A DNA stretch of 64,000 nucleotides from an uncultured virus (IMG/VR IMGVR_UViG_3300010338_000756) (IMGVR_UViG_3300010338_000756), one strand, 5' to 3'; counted from the stretch's first letter, positions 53,585-62,032 are shown. Made by a program: numbers and translations. The notes: generated by a model not told the origin, from the sequence alone.

Positions 53585-54170
53585 TCCTGAGGCCGCCTGA
53601 CGGACAGCGAGGGGTCTCGCAGCCGCAGCGGCGCTCAGGTTTCCGGCTTGCGCTTGCGCGCCCGAGGACCGTCGGTCGGTCGGTCACACCCGGTCGAGGC
53701 TGGCGCGTGTTCCGCCCCTCGCTGATCGGACTTGCCCCGGGAACGCCGGGTCTCTGCATGGTGCCGATAGTCAGCCACTCTTCCCGTCGTCCCGCACAGC
53801 CTAGCATTTCAGTGCCGGGCCGAGATCGACAGGCGACCGCCCCATATCCATCGCCCGCTTTGCAGCGCCCCATCCTGCGGGCTATGTCGCGTCGAGGCCG
53901 GATCGTGACCCCGGGACCAATCCCGGGAGAACGCTTGAACCCCTGCGGCGACGGAGCGCCGTGAGGCGCCCTGTCGCGCTGGCTCGGTGATCAGGCATCA
54001 CAGCATCGGCCAGCACACGAGGGGCGATATACCGCCGCCTGATGCCCGGGGTCAACCGGCATAGGTATAAATACCTACCCCGAGGGCGCAGGTGAGGGCA
54101 CCGGCCCGGCCGATGTAGGTAGAAATACCTACCCGGCGCGGGCCGGCATGGCGACCGGGCGAACCTGCCG
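53585..54170 (+). ncRNA. Candidate large structured non-coding RNA or structured origin element
   Basis: No credible ORF over most of its length; many nested stems, two perfect 10-bp long-range helices, GTGA and GAAA tetraloops, G-U pairs favouring the plus strand. Confidence 0.45.
54062..54132. promoter_or_regulatory. Twin palindromes TAGGTA-N4-TACCTA
   Basis: TAGGTATAAATACCTA at 54062-54077 and GTAGGTAGAAATACCTAC at 54115-54132. Confidence 0.6.
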
Positions 54171-54314
54171 GACCATCGAGCAGTAGGACACCAGCTTGGT
54201 CGCGAGGTTGTCGATCTCGGGTTCCGAGCGACGCTCACGCGCAGCCAGCACCAGCTCGCGCAAGCGTTCCAGTTCAGCCGTGGTGAAATTTGTCGGGAAG
54301 CCCATGCGTTCCAC
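54129..54314 (-). CDS. Small helical hypothetical protein
   Basis: GAGGAG RBS 8 nt before an in-frame GTG that lies inside the parS palindrome. Confidence 0.5.
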   Translation of the reverse strand: MERMGFPTNFTTAELERLRELVLAARERRSEPEIDNLATKLVSYCSMVRQVRPVAMPARAG

Positions 54315-54322
54315 GTGGAACA
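54307..54322. promoter_or_regulatory. parS-like centromere site
   Basis: CGTTCCACGTGGAACA (minus strand TGTTCCACGTGGAACG); 14-bp perfect palindrome core matching the bacterial chromosomal parS consensus. Confidence 0.75.
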
Positions 54323-54465
54323 CTCCTCTGCAACTGGACCGATTCTCTCACAGCGCGCAATCCGATGACAAACACGCGACGTATCGTGTATATCCCCGCT
54401 GTTGCGTCTTGTGTCGCGTTGTGGGAGAATCGGCCTGTCAGGCAAAAAACCGCGGGAGATCAACG

Positions 54466-54729
54466 ATGAAGGTCATGCGATGGCACACGCACGAGGGCTG
54501 GCGCTGCGCAATTGTGAAGCCCGGGCGCACCAAGCTGCATGTGCTGACGATGGAAGACTTCGGGGTGCGCCATCACGCCGTACCGCTGGACGAGGAACGG
54601 CACATGCTGCCGCTCACGCATCGCGGGCGGGAGTACCCGCTGGCCCGGGCGCGGCGCATCTTCTCCGCCTTCGGGCGTGAGCGCGGCATCACGGCCGCGG
54701 CCAAGGAAATTCTTGAGGAAGCGACGTGA
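54466..54729 (+). CDS. Hypothetical protein, first gene of the rightward early arm
   Basis: GGGAG RBS; coupled to the next gene. Confidence 0.65.
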   Translation: MKVMRWHTHEGWRCAIVKPGRTKLHVLTMEDFGVRHHAVPLDEERHMLPLTHRGREYPLARARRIFSAFGRERGITAAAKEILEEAT

Positions 54730-55712
54730 TGCGATCCAGCAAGATGATGTTCTTGAGCGATTCGCACCGCCCTGCGCCGGTTGAATTCGCGCACGCCTTG
54801 CGCCGCTTCTCCGAGGATCAGAGCCAGTCGGACGAACAGCGGGTGTTCTGGTCCGCGCTGGCCGCCAGCGCCGCTCGCGCGCAGGTCTTCGATTTCGGGC
54901 GGATGCCCGACGCGGTTGTGCGGTCTGAGGCTATCCGCGGCGCACAATTCTGGTCGGCCGGCTTCCTGCGCCTGCCGTTCCCTTCGTCCCTGTTCTGGTA
55001 CACGATTGACCTTGATCGAGACAGCGACCAGCCGCTCCGAGAGCACCACATCGACAAGTACCGTTACGCGACGCTCTGCGTCGATGTCGCCGCGGTCGGC
55101 GGATTCCCGCAGCTACCGGAGAACAAGCCCTCGGTTCTCGCGGTCGATTTCATGGTGGTCCCGCCCGAGTTTCGCGTCACTCAATCGGCCCGCACGACGA
55201 TGGCTGTGAGTTGCGCCGGACATATCTGCGACTGCGACGAGGGCCGATACAGGGGCGTCGCCTACTACTCCTGCGTCGACTCGAAGCACAACAGCACGAT
55301 GCTCGGGTCGCTCGCGGACGGCATGATCAGCATGTGCATGATCCTGTCCACCCGCGGGGTGCCCACGAGGGTCGCAGAGCCGCCTGTCCGGCTGAACGCC
55401 AAGCGTGCTCGCTCAGGCAAGCCGCCGCTGGTGCGCGTCACGCACGTCGATACCGGGCTGTACTACCGCGCGCTCGCCGAGGCGGATCGGCCTCGCGGCA
55501 CGCACAAGAGCCCGGTCCCGCATCTGCGCCGCGGCCACATTCGCCGGCTGCCGTCTGGCGATACGTGGGTGCGCGACGCCGTGGTCAACGCACGCTCGTC
55601 CGCCGAGGTCGAGGCGCGCGACCACTATGACGTGTCTGCGTTGACACAGGTCGCCACACGGACTTACAGTGCAACCACGGCACAACACGAGGTACACCAT
55701 GAGCAGGAATGA
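54729..55712 (+). CDS. Hypothetical phage protein
   Basis: RLPFP near the N-terminus; C-terminal THKSP.PH.RRGH.RR...WV motif. Confidence 0.7.
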   Translation: MRSSKMMFLSDSHRPAPVEFAHALRRFSEDQSQSDEQRVFWSALAASAARAQVFDFGRMPDAVVRSEAIRGAQFWSAGFLRLPFPSSLFWYTIDLDRDSDQPLREHHIDKYRYATLCVDVAAVGGFPQLPENKPSVLAVDFMVVPPEFRVTQSARTTMAVSCAGHICDCDEGRYRGVAYYSCVDSKHNSTMLGSLADGMISMCMILSTRGVPTRVAEPPVRLNAKRARSGKPPLVRVTHVDTGLYYRALAEADRPRGTHKSPVPHLRRGHIRRLPSGDTWVRDAVVNARSSAEVEARDHYDVSALTQVATRTYSATTAQHEVHHEQE

Positions 55713-56721
55713 TGATCGGCGCCCCGAGGCGCCGTCCGAAGCGGCACTGTCCAAGCAAATTGCGGTTGCCGCCCCCGCGTTTCGATCCGCCAGTGACGCG
55801 CTCGCGCGATCCGGCGAACTGCCTCCGCTGCAATGGGAATCGGAGAGCCTGTTCGCCCTGCGTCGCATCATGGACGACCCGAACTTGCAAGCCGCTGCGC
55901 CTGACAGTCTCGTCGATGCGCTCACGACGGTCGGCAGCTTGGGCCTGACGCTGAACCCGGTGAAGCAGCACGCGGCGCTGCTGGCCCGCTATGACCGGAA
56001 GTCCGGGGCATATCAGGCGAGCGTCATGGTCATGTATCGCGGGCTGCTGTGGCTCGCGCGCCGCGCCGGCGTCCACGACATCGTGGCAGACGTGGTGTAC
56101 TCGGCCGACCGCTTCTCGCTCAAGCGCACGCACGAGGGCGATCATTTCGAGCACGAGATCGCGTTCGCGACGCCCCGGGACGGGGAGCAGAATAAGTTCG
56201 TCGGCTGCTACGTCGCCGCCACGATGCCGGGCAGCACGCTGCCCAAGGTCGAATGGGTGCCGGCCGAGGACATCTACCGTATCCGAGCGCAGTCCGATTC
56301 CTACATCGACCGCAGGACCGGCGAGGTCCGGCAGAACTCGGGGTGGGTGCGCTGGTTCGATGAATTCGCGAAGAAGGCCGCCATCAAGCGCGCCCAAAAG
56401 CGATGGGAGAGCGACAAGGCCGATTCGCCCGCGTGGACGCACTTGCAGCGCGCCGTGGACATCGACAACCGCACCGAGAAAGTGGTCGAGGATGACAACG
56501 TGATCGAGGGCACGGTCATCCCGCCTGAGCCGTCGCTGTCGCCCGAACAGGTCGCCGAGATCACGGAATACGCTGGCCCGACACTCGTGCGCAAGATCGT
56601 CGCGGCCTACGATGTCACCAAGCTGGACGAGATTCCGGCCAGCAAGTACGCCGAGATCAAGCAGCGAGTCGCCGCTGCAAAACAGATGATGGAGCAGCGT
56701 CGCCGGAGCGCCGCCCAATGA
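55699..56721 (+). CDS. recT: RecT/Bet-family single-strand annealing protein
   Basis: SLGLTLNP, YRGL..LARR, VVY..D.F, G.YV.A, W...FDE.AKK..IKR. Confidence 0.85.
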   Translation: MSRNDDRRPEAPSEAALSKQIAVAAPAFRSASDALARSGELPPLQWESESLFALRRIMDDPNLQAAAPDSLVDALTTVGSLGLTLNPVKQHAALLARYDRKSGAYQASVMVMYRGLLWLARRAGVHDIVADVVYSADRFSLKRTHEGDHFEHEIAFATPRDGEQNKFVGCYVAATMPGSTLPKVEWVPAEDIYRIRAQSDSYIDRRTGEVRQNSGWVRWFDEFAKKAAIKRAQKRWESDKADSPAWTHLQRAVDIDNRTEKVVEDDNVIEGTVIPPEPSLSPEQVAEITEYAGPTLVRKIVAAYDVTKLDEIPASKYAEIKQRVAAAKQMMEQRRRSAAQ

Positions 56722-57377
56722 GCCGCGCCGTATTCGATGATTCGCCGCAGGGATCGCCGGGCTGGCACCGCGCCCGCCGCGGCAAGATCACGGGCACCCG
56801 GATCAAGACCATCATGCACGGCACCCCGAAGGGCTGGAACACGCTGCTCGACACCCTGCGGCACGAGATCGAGCACCCGGACGCCGAGGTCGCCGATGCG
56901 CCGTTTGTGTCCGCGGACGTGGAACACGGTCGCAAGTACGAGCCCGTGGCTCGCGCCAATGCTGAGCTGCAACTGTGCGAGGACTTCGAGCTGGTCGGAT
57001 TCGCGCAGCATCCCGACTTTCCGTTCCTCGGAGTGTCGTCGGACTTCATGGCGCTGGACCGCACCGTGAACGGCGAGATCAAGTGCCCGCGCGACATCCG
57101 CAACTTCAACGCCGTGCGCTTCTCGCAACGCCTGCCGGACGAATACTACCCGCAGGTGCAGCTACAGATGTTCGTGCATGGCGTGGATCGCACGATCTTC
57201 GTCTGCCATCACCCGGACGCGGGCGACTGGCGAATCAATACCATCGTGCTGAACGTCTACAGCGACGCCGAATATCAGGCCGCGATGCTGGATCGCTGCC
57301 AAGCGTTCATGGCCGCCGTGCGAGGCGCCGCGCCCATGATCACGGACGACACGCCCGGCGTGCCGCTCATTTTCTGA
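56718..57377 (+). CDS. YqaJ / lambda-exonuclease-family nuclease (copy 1)
   Basis: QGS..W..AR.GKIT, HG..YEP.AR, G.S.D, EIKCP, Y.PQVQ.QM. Confidence 0.88.
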   Translation: MSRAVFDDSPQGSPGWHRARRGKITGTRIKTIMHGTPKGWNTLLDTLRHEIEHPDAEVADAPFVSADVEHGRKYEPVARANAELQLCEDFELVGFAQHPDFPFLGVSSDFMALDRTVNGEIKCPRDIRNFNAVRFSQRLPDEYYPQVQLQMFVHGVDRTIFVCHHPDAGDWRINTIVLNVYSDAEYQAAMLDRCQAFMAAVRGAAPMITDDTPGVPLIF

Positions 57378-57390
57378 AGGAAGGACTGCG

Positions 57391-58161
57391 ATGAATACCG
57401 AGAATACCGAAGCTGCTGATTTCACCCCGATGTCGCCGACCGCCATGCTGGCGGCGTCCGATACCATTTCCATCGCCCCGGCCTTCGAGATCGCCCGCTC
57501 GCTGGCGCCGATGAAGACCGCCGCGGATTCGCTGCTGGAACAGGCCAAGCGCGCCGAGGTTCACGATCAGGAATCCGCGGACAAGGCGTCACTGTTCCTG
57601 AGCGTGGTCAAGAACAAGGCCGACCGACTCGAAAGCTACCGGCGCTCGGTCAAGAAGCCCGTAGACGATTACGCTGCATTCATCCAAAGCCTGTTCCGGC
57701 CCATCTCGGACTGCCTGTCCGATGCGAAGAAGCTCGTGTCGTCCAAGGCGAGCGACTACCTCGTCGAGCAGGAGCGCAAGTTGCGCGAGGAACGCGAGGC
57801 CGAACGTCGCCGGCAGGAAGAGGCCGCGCTGAAGATCGCCGCCGAGGCCGAGGCCGCTGGCGATGCGGCCGGCGCCGAGATGATCCTCGATGCCAGTCTC
57901 AAGCAGAAGCCCGAGCCCAAGTCGGCGACCCCGCCGCAGGTCACGAACAGTCTCGGCGGCAAGCTCGGCCTGCGCCGGACGTGGAAGGGCACTGTCGCGA
58001 GCCCCGAGACCGTACTGCGCGCCATCCTCGATGGCCGCCTGCCGTGGTCCCTGATCTCGTGGAATCAGGCCGCACTGAATGAGGTCGCCCGCGGGATCGG
58101 GCAGGAAGGCGTGTTCGTCGGCGTGCGCTGCGATCACGTCGCGTCGGCATCCGTTCGCTGA
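57391..58161 (+). CDS. Coiled-coil protein of the recombination module
   Basis: AAGGAAGGA RBS; R....KP, E/R-rich coil, R.TWK motif. Confidence 0.7.
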   Translation: MNTENTEAADFTPMSPTAMLAASDTISIAPAFEIARSLAPMKTAADSLLEQAKRAEVHDQESADKASLFLSVVKNKADRLESYRRSVKKPVDDYAAFIQSLFRPISDCLSDAKKLVSSKASDYLVEQERKLREEREAERRRQEEAALKIAAEAEAAGDAAGAEMILDASLKQKPEPKSATPPQVTNSLGGKLGLRRTWKGTVASPETVLRAILDGRLPWSLISWNQAALNEVARGIGQEGVFVGVRCDHVASASVR

Positions 58162-58183
58162 ATTGTTCTGAGAGGATCGAATC

Positions 58184-58636
58184 ATGTCACGCGGAGTCAA
58201 CAAGGTCATTCTGGTCGGTCACGTCGGTCGCGACCCCGAGGTTCGGGTTCTCGCCGCATCCGGTTCCAAGGTCGCCGATTTCTCCCTCGCCGCCACTGAG
58301 CAGTGGAAGACGCGCGACGGCGAGAAGAAGGAACGCACGGAATGGGTGCGGATCGCGGCATTCGGCACGCTTGCCGAGATCGTCGAGAAGTACGTCACGA
58401 AGGGCACGCAACTGTTCTGCTGCGGACGGCTGCGCACCGAGAAGTGGCAGGACAAGGGCGGTAATGACCGCTACACCACCAAGGTCTATCTCGATGAGAT
58501 GACGCTGCTCGGCGGCGGGAACCGCGCCGACCGCCCGCCGCGCGACGATGACCGTCACCCCCCGGTTGTCACGCATGGCGCCAACGCGCCGGACGAGGAC
58601 GCCGAGGACGACTTCGATGACGATGTGCCGTTCTGA
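58184..58636 (+). CDS. ssb: Single-stranded DNA-binding protein
   Basis: RGVNKVILVG..GRDPEVR, TEW.RI, KG.Q....GRL.T.KW, acidic tail DDDVPF. Confidence 0.97.
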   Translation: MSRGVNKVILVGHVGRDPEVRVLAASGSKVADFSLAATEQWKTRDGEKKERTEWVRIAAFGTLAEIVEKYVTKGTQLFCCGRLRTEKWQDKGGNDRYTTKVYLDEMTLLGGGNRADRPPRDDDRHPPVVTHGANAPDEDAEDDFDDDVPF

Positions 58637-58905
58637 TGGAGACGCCCATGGCCTACCGCAAACAGTACGCCGACCCGGACATCCGGATGATCTCGACTGA
58701 CGACACGCCGCCGCCGCCGCGTGAGAAGTGGCCATTCCGGCTGCTCGACGTGGGTCAGGGATTCGAGACGACCGAGCTTGGCTACCACATGGCGCTGCGC
58801 TCGGCCGCGACCCGCTACGGCAAGAAGCTGCGCCGCAAGTTCTCGGTGCGCAAGATGCTCAACGTCGAGAATGAGCTGGTGATCGCAGTGTTTCGAGAGC
58901 GATGA
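58636..58905 (+). CDS. Small putative DNA-binding protein
   Basis: PP...KWPF..L.VG..F, KFSVR, V.R pattern. Confidence 0.6.
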   Translation: METPMAYRKQYADPDIRMISTDDTPPPPREKWPFRLLDVGQGFETTELGYHMALRSAATRYGKKLRRKFSVRKMLNVENELVIAVFRER

Positions 58906-59903
58906 TTCTCATGGCGGCTACCAAGATCATCATCAATGTCATCGATTCGAGCGATGCGGCGAGTGAGACGATTCACGGCGCGACGCTTTTTCCGGACGCG
59001 CAGTATGCCGTGCTCTACGACCCGTCGCCTGCGGAAGTGCGGTATCCGGTGCGCGTAGGTAACGGCGAGCGCGCGTGGCGCTCATTCCGCTACGTCTCCC
59101 CGCTCGCAGTCCGTGGTCGTGCCCCCACGTACCTGCACAGCACCGTCACCGTGGACCCGGTTCGCCTGATGGACGAGATTTACGCCCATCGCGACCATCG
59201 CCCCATCGTGTACATTCACCCCGATGCGCCGCTCGTGATGCCGCCGCTGCCGAGCCACTACGAGCGCCTGCGTCGCTCGCGTGAGCCCGCGGCATACAGA
59301 CCGACCGCGGCCTCGATCTTCCAGTGGAAGGACATGCTCGCTCACGAAGTCCTGCCCCACGATAACCACTTGTTCGGCCGGGGCGAGCGTGCGCGCTTCG
59401 AGTTCTATCGCGCCGCGCTGGACGGACTGAGCAACGTCGTGCGACTGAGCACCCTGTCGTCCATGAAGAGCTATTCCCTGCGGCTGTCCAGCGTGTACGA
59501 GATGGCTGACCATCCGTCCGGCCCTGACAGTGGAATGCGAGGGGCGCACAAGGTTCTGAGCACACTGCCGGATCGAGAACTGAGCGACGCTACCGCGTAC
59601 TACGTCACCCGCCTGCGCTCGACAGCGAAGACCGACGTGCGCGACTTCGCACACAAGGTCGCGGCGATGGCGTCCGATGACCTGTGCGGCGACGGCAACA
59701 CGGCCATGCAGTTGCCGGGGAGAATGGTGCTCGTGCTGACCGGCGTGGACGAAGTGACCGATGACCTGTTCATCTTCATGGACACCATCGAGGCCCACCC
59801 GTTCTTCAAGAAGCTCAGATGGCCCGATGAGACGTACATTCAGGACACAAGTGGTGTGATCCGCGTGGTCCGCTCGTTCCGCTATGGCACCGCCGAAGCG
59901 TAA
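58902..59903 (+). CDS. Hypothetical protein (orphan, 333 aa)
   Basis: ATGA overlap; no motif recognised. Confidence 0.6.
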   Translation: MILMAATKIIINVIDSSDAASETIHGATLFPDAQYAVLYDPSPAEVRYPVRVGNGERAWRSFRYVSPLAVRGRAPTYLHSTVTVDPVRLMDEIYAHRDHRPIVYIHPDAPLVMPPLPSHYERLRRSREPAAYRPTAASIFQWKDMLAHEVLPHDNHLFGRGERARFEFYRAALDGLSNVVRLSTLSSMKSYSLRLSSVYEMADHPSGPDSGMRGAHKVLSTLPDRELSDATAYYVTRLRSTAKTDVRDFAHKVAAMASDDLCGDGNTAMQLPGRMVLVLTGVDEVTDDLFIFMDTIEAHPFFKKLRWPDETYIQDTSGVIRVVRSFRYGTAEA

Positions 59904-60021
59904 CCAGCGGCGCACACCGCCGCGCCCGCCGCCGCTGATCCGCTCGGTTGAGGGCAGGGTCATGCTGATCCTGCTCGGCGCATGGATCGCGTTCCTCGTG
60001 TGGGAGATCATTCGATAGCTG

Positions 60022-60050
60022 TTGCCTTCTGTTTCGCGGTGTGATACGGT
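60022..60050 (+). promoter_or_regulatory. Putative sigma70 promoter for the small-gene cluster
   Basis: TTGCCT-17 bp-TACGGT with TGn extension; TAGGAG RBS downstream. Confidence 0.55.
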
Positions 60051-60087
60051 CACGCATAGCTTCTCGATAGGCACTAGGAGACGCACC

Positions 60088-60312
60088 ATGCACCTCACCG
60101 ATGCTGTCGCGATCATGTACGCCACGCGCGACCGCGACCTGAACCCGCCCGCTGGCATGACCGAATCCGAGGAACGCTACGAACAGCGCCAGTTCCAGCT
60201 CTACGTCGAGCAGGAACGCGAGCGTCTGGTGCGCGAGTTCCTGCGCGCTTACGATGACATGTTCGTTGACTTCTGCCTCGACAAGTTCGAGGCTGAGGAA
60301 GGAGGTGCGTGA
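60088..60312 (+). CDS. Small acidic hypothetical protein
   Basis: TAGGAG RBS; RL...F......F..F pattern like 60925 and 61604. Confidence 0.65.
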   Translation: MHLTDAVAIMYATRDRDLNPPAGMTESEERYEQRQFQLYVEQERERLVREFLRAYDDMFVDFCLDKFEAEEGGA

Positions 60313-60551
60313 TGGCCCGTCCGAGCTACCGCGAAGCCGTGAAGTGGCTTTCCAACTTCCGCGATTCCAAGATCGACCGCGACACGAATGCGGACCTGTC
60401 TGACGTTCCGTTCGTCGCCGGCCAGCTCGTCACGATGCTGGTCGCCGACCTGTGGGGCCAGTCGGCGGAACGAGTCGCCAACGACGTGCTGCGCTACGAA
60501 GGAACAGGACGTGACGACCCCGTTGCGACGGTTAGGAGCTACGGCGAATGA
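60312..60551 (+). CDS. Hypothetical protein
   Basis: GGAGG RBS; SYREAV.W, LVADLWG...VA.DV. Confidence 0.65.
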   Translation: MARPSYREAVKWLSNFRDSKIDRDTNADLSDVPFVAGQLVTMLVADLWGQSAERVANDVLRYEGTGRDDPVATVRSYGE

Positions 60552-60928
60552 CTGACTCGCTCGGCCACTTCGTGGCTCTTGAGGTCGCGCGCTGCGTCGA
60601 TGAGACGAGAGGCTCGCCTGATTCCGCCAGCGGCGACTACAGCAAGGCCGCGAGCAGCGGCGATGGCAGCAAGGCCGCGAGCAGCGGCGACTACAGCAAG
60701 GCCACGAGCAGCGGCGACGGCAGCACGGCCGCTAGCAGCGGCGCGGACACGATCTCCATGGTCGCGGGGCTACGTGGCCGCGCCAGTTCCGGTAAAAATG
60801 GCTGCATCGCTCTCTGCTGGCACGACGGTAAGCGCAATCGCATCGTCGTCGGCTACGTCGGCGAGGACGGCATCAAGGCCGACACCTGGTATCGCGTCGA
60901 AGCCGGGAAACTCGTGGAGGCCGCATGA
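60548..60928 (+). CDS. Phage protein with 9-aa ASSGD repeats
   Basis: (ASSGD.SKA)n followed by VG.DGIKADTWY. Confidence 0.75.
   Translation: MTDSLGHFVALEVARCVDETRGSPDSASGDYSKAASSGDGSKAASSGDYSKATSSGDGSTAASSGADTISMVAGLRGRASSGKNGCIALCWHDGKRNRIVVGYVGEDGIKADTWYRVEAGKLVEAA
60626..60745 (+). repeat. 27-bp tandem repeat (about 4.5 units)
   Basis: GCGAGCAGCGGCGA....AGCAAGGCC units. Confidence 0.9.
60739..60865 (+). repeat. 127-bp exact direct repeat, copy 2
   Basis: Identical to 1-127. Confidence 0.95.
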
Positions 60929-61305
60929 ACGCTATCTGCAACGAGCCGATCAGCAACCGCGACCCGCGCTATGCCGGCGCCATGGCCGAACTCGAAACCG
61001 ACTATGCCCGCGAGGATTTTCTCGCCTACCAGCGCGCGAACTTCATGCGGCTCGCGAAGCTGTTCTTGATCGACCGCGACTGCGAGTTTGAAGCGTTTTC
61101 ATGGCAGCAATACGCGGAGGCGCGGAGGTGCGCATACCTGGCCGGCGTGAGCATCGAACAGTCGCGCGGCTGGATGAATCGTGCGCGTGACGCGAAGCTG
61201 CACGGCGACTCGCCCGAGACGATCTGCACACTGGTGAAGATTGCACGCGCGCGTCGCCGCGACTATCGCGCGCATCTCGGACTTGCTCTCGGAGAGACAT
61301 CATGA
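60925..61305 (+). CDS. Hypothetical two-module protein
   Basis: N-half similar to 61604-61801; C-half similar to 190-408. Confidence 0.7.
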   Translation: MNAICNEPISNRDPRYAGAMAELETDYAREDFLAYQRANFMRLAKLFLIDRDCEFEAFSWQQYAEARRCAYLAGVSIEQSRGWMNRARDAKLHGDSPETICTLVKIARARRRDYRAHLGLALGETS

Positions 61306-61607
61306 GCGCTTACCACGACGCGTGTCTCGACATCGCGCGCGATCCCGATCGCATGAGCCGGCACGGCCGATTCATCGGCGCGCTGACAGACGACGAAATC
61401 GGAATCTACTGGCGCGATCCCGACAACGCGCGCGACAGCAGCGAGCCGGTTGCCGAAATCTGCATCGAAGCCGGCATCAGCGAGTGGGATTTCGCACAGC
61501 GGCCGGATGCGCTGCACGAATGGCGCACAGCACTGAGACGCTACGCAGTTGTGCAGATGGTGCGCGACATCGAAGTGGCAGCGACCGACGAATTGAGCGC
61601 GGCATGA
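61302..61607 (+). CDS. Hypothetical protein
   Basis: GGAGA RBS; ATGA overlaps at both ends. Confidence 0.65.
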   Translation: MSAYHDACLDIARDPDRMSRHGRFIGALTDDEIGIYWRDPDNARDSSEPVAEICIEAGISEWDFAQRPDALHEWRTALRRYAVVQMVRDIEVAATDELSAA

Positions 61608-61801
61608 TCGACTGCATCACCAACCGCGATCCGCGCTGGGCCGGAATCATGGCGCAGATCGAGTCGGACGACGACCCGCGCGCTGATTTTCTCGCGTGGC
61701 AGCGCCGGGAATACGTGCGGCTCGCGCAGTTATTCGTAGTCGAGCGCTTCGAGGAATTCGAACAGTTCAGTTGGCAGATGTACGCGAAGGCGAAGGAGTA
61801 G
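61604..61801 (+). CDS. Small ITNRD-family hypothetical protein
   Basis: ITNRDPRWAG.MA..E....R.DFLA.QR....RLA.LF...FE.FSWQ.Y, paralog of 60925. Confidence 0.7.
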   Translation: MIDCITNRDPRWAGIMAQIESDDDPRADFLAWQRREYVRLAQLFVVERFEEFEQFSWQMYAKAKE

Positions 61802-61804
61802 ACG

Positions 61805-62032
61805 ATGACAATGGTGGAATCAACGAGCGAAGCGCGCACCGTGAACAATACGATGCGGCATCAGTATCGCGTCCTTGACGAACTCGAAAAGGCGCAGATG
61901 CAAGCCATCAAAGACAAGGGGCTTGAACTGCACGAGCTGATCGAATCTATCGGTCAGTCGCGTGAACTCTCTCTCGCGAAGACGAAGACGGAAGAAGCGG
62001 TCATGTGGGCCGTAAAACACATCGCGCGATAA
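61805..62032 (+). CDS. Acb2/Tad1-like helical-hairpin protein (candidate immune-signal sponge)
   Basis: HQYR.L...E...M..IK..G and SRELSLAKTK.EEAVMWAVK.I; AAGGAG RBS. Confidence 0.65.
   Translation: MTMVESTSEARTVNNTMRHQYRVLDELEKAQMQAIKDKGLELHELIESIGQSRELSLAKTKTEEAVMWAVKHIAR

Noticed and set aside
53377..53964. ORFs 53377-53964 (+), 53397-53873 (-) and 53882-54463 (-) as genes
   Set aside because: Low-complexity P/R/G translations without convincing RBS or motifs; treated as non-coding, though not strictly excluded
53400..54460. CRISPR or mini-array in the non-coding region
   Set aside because: No run of equal-length repeats with unique spacers; only two palindrome copies and short microsatellites; no cas genes
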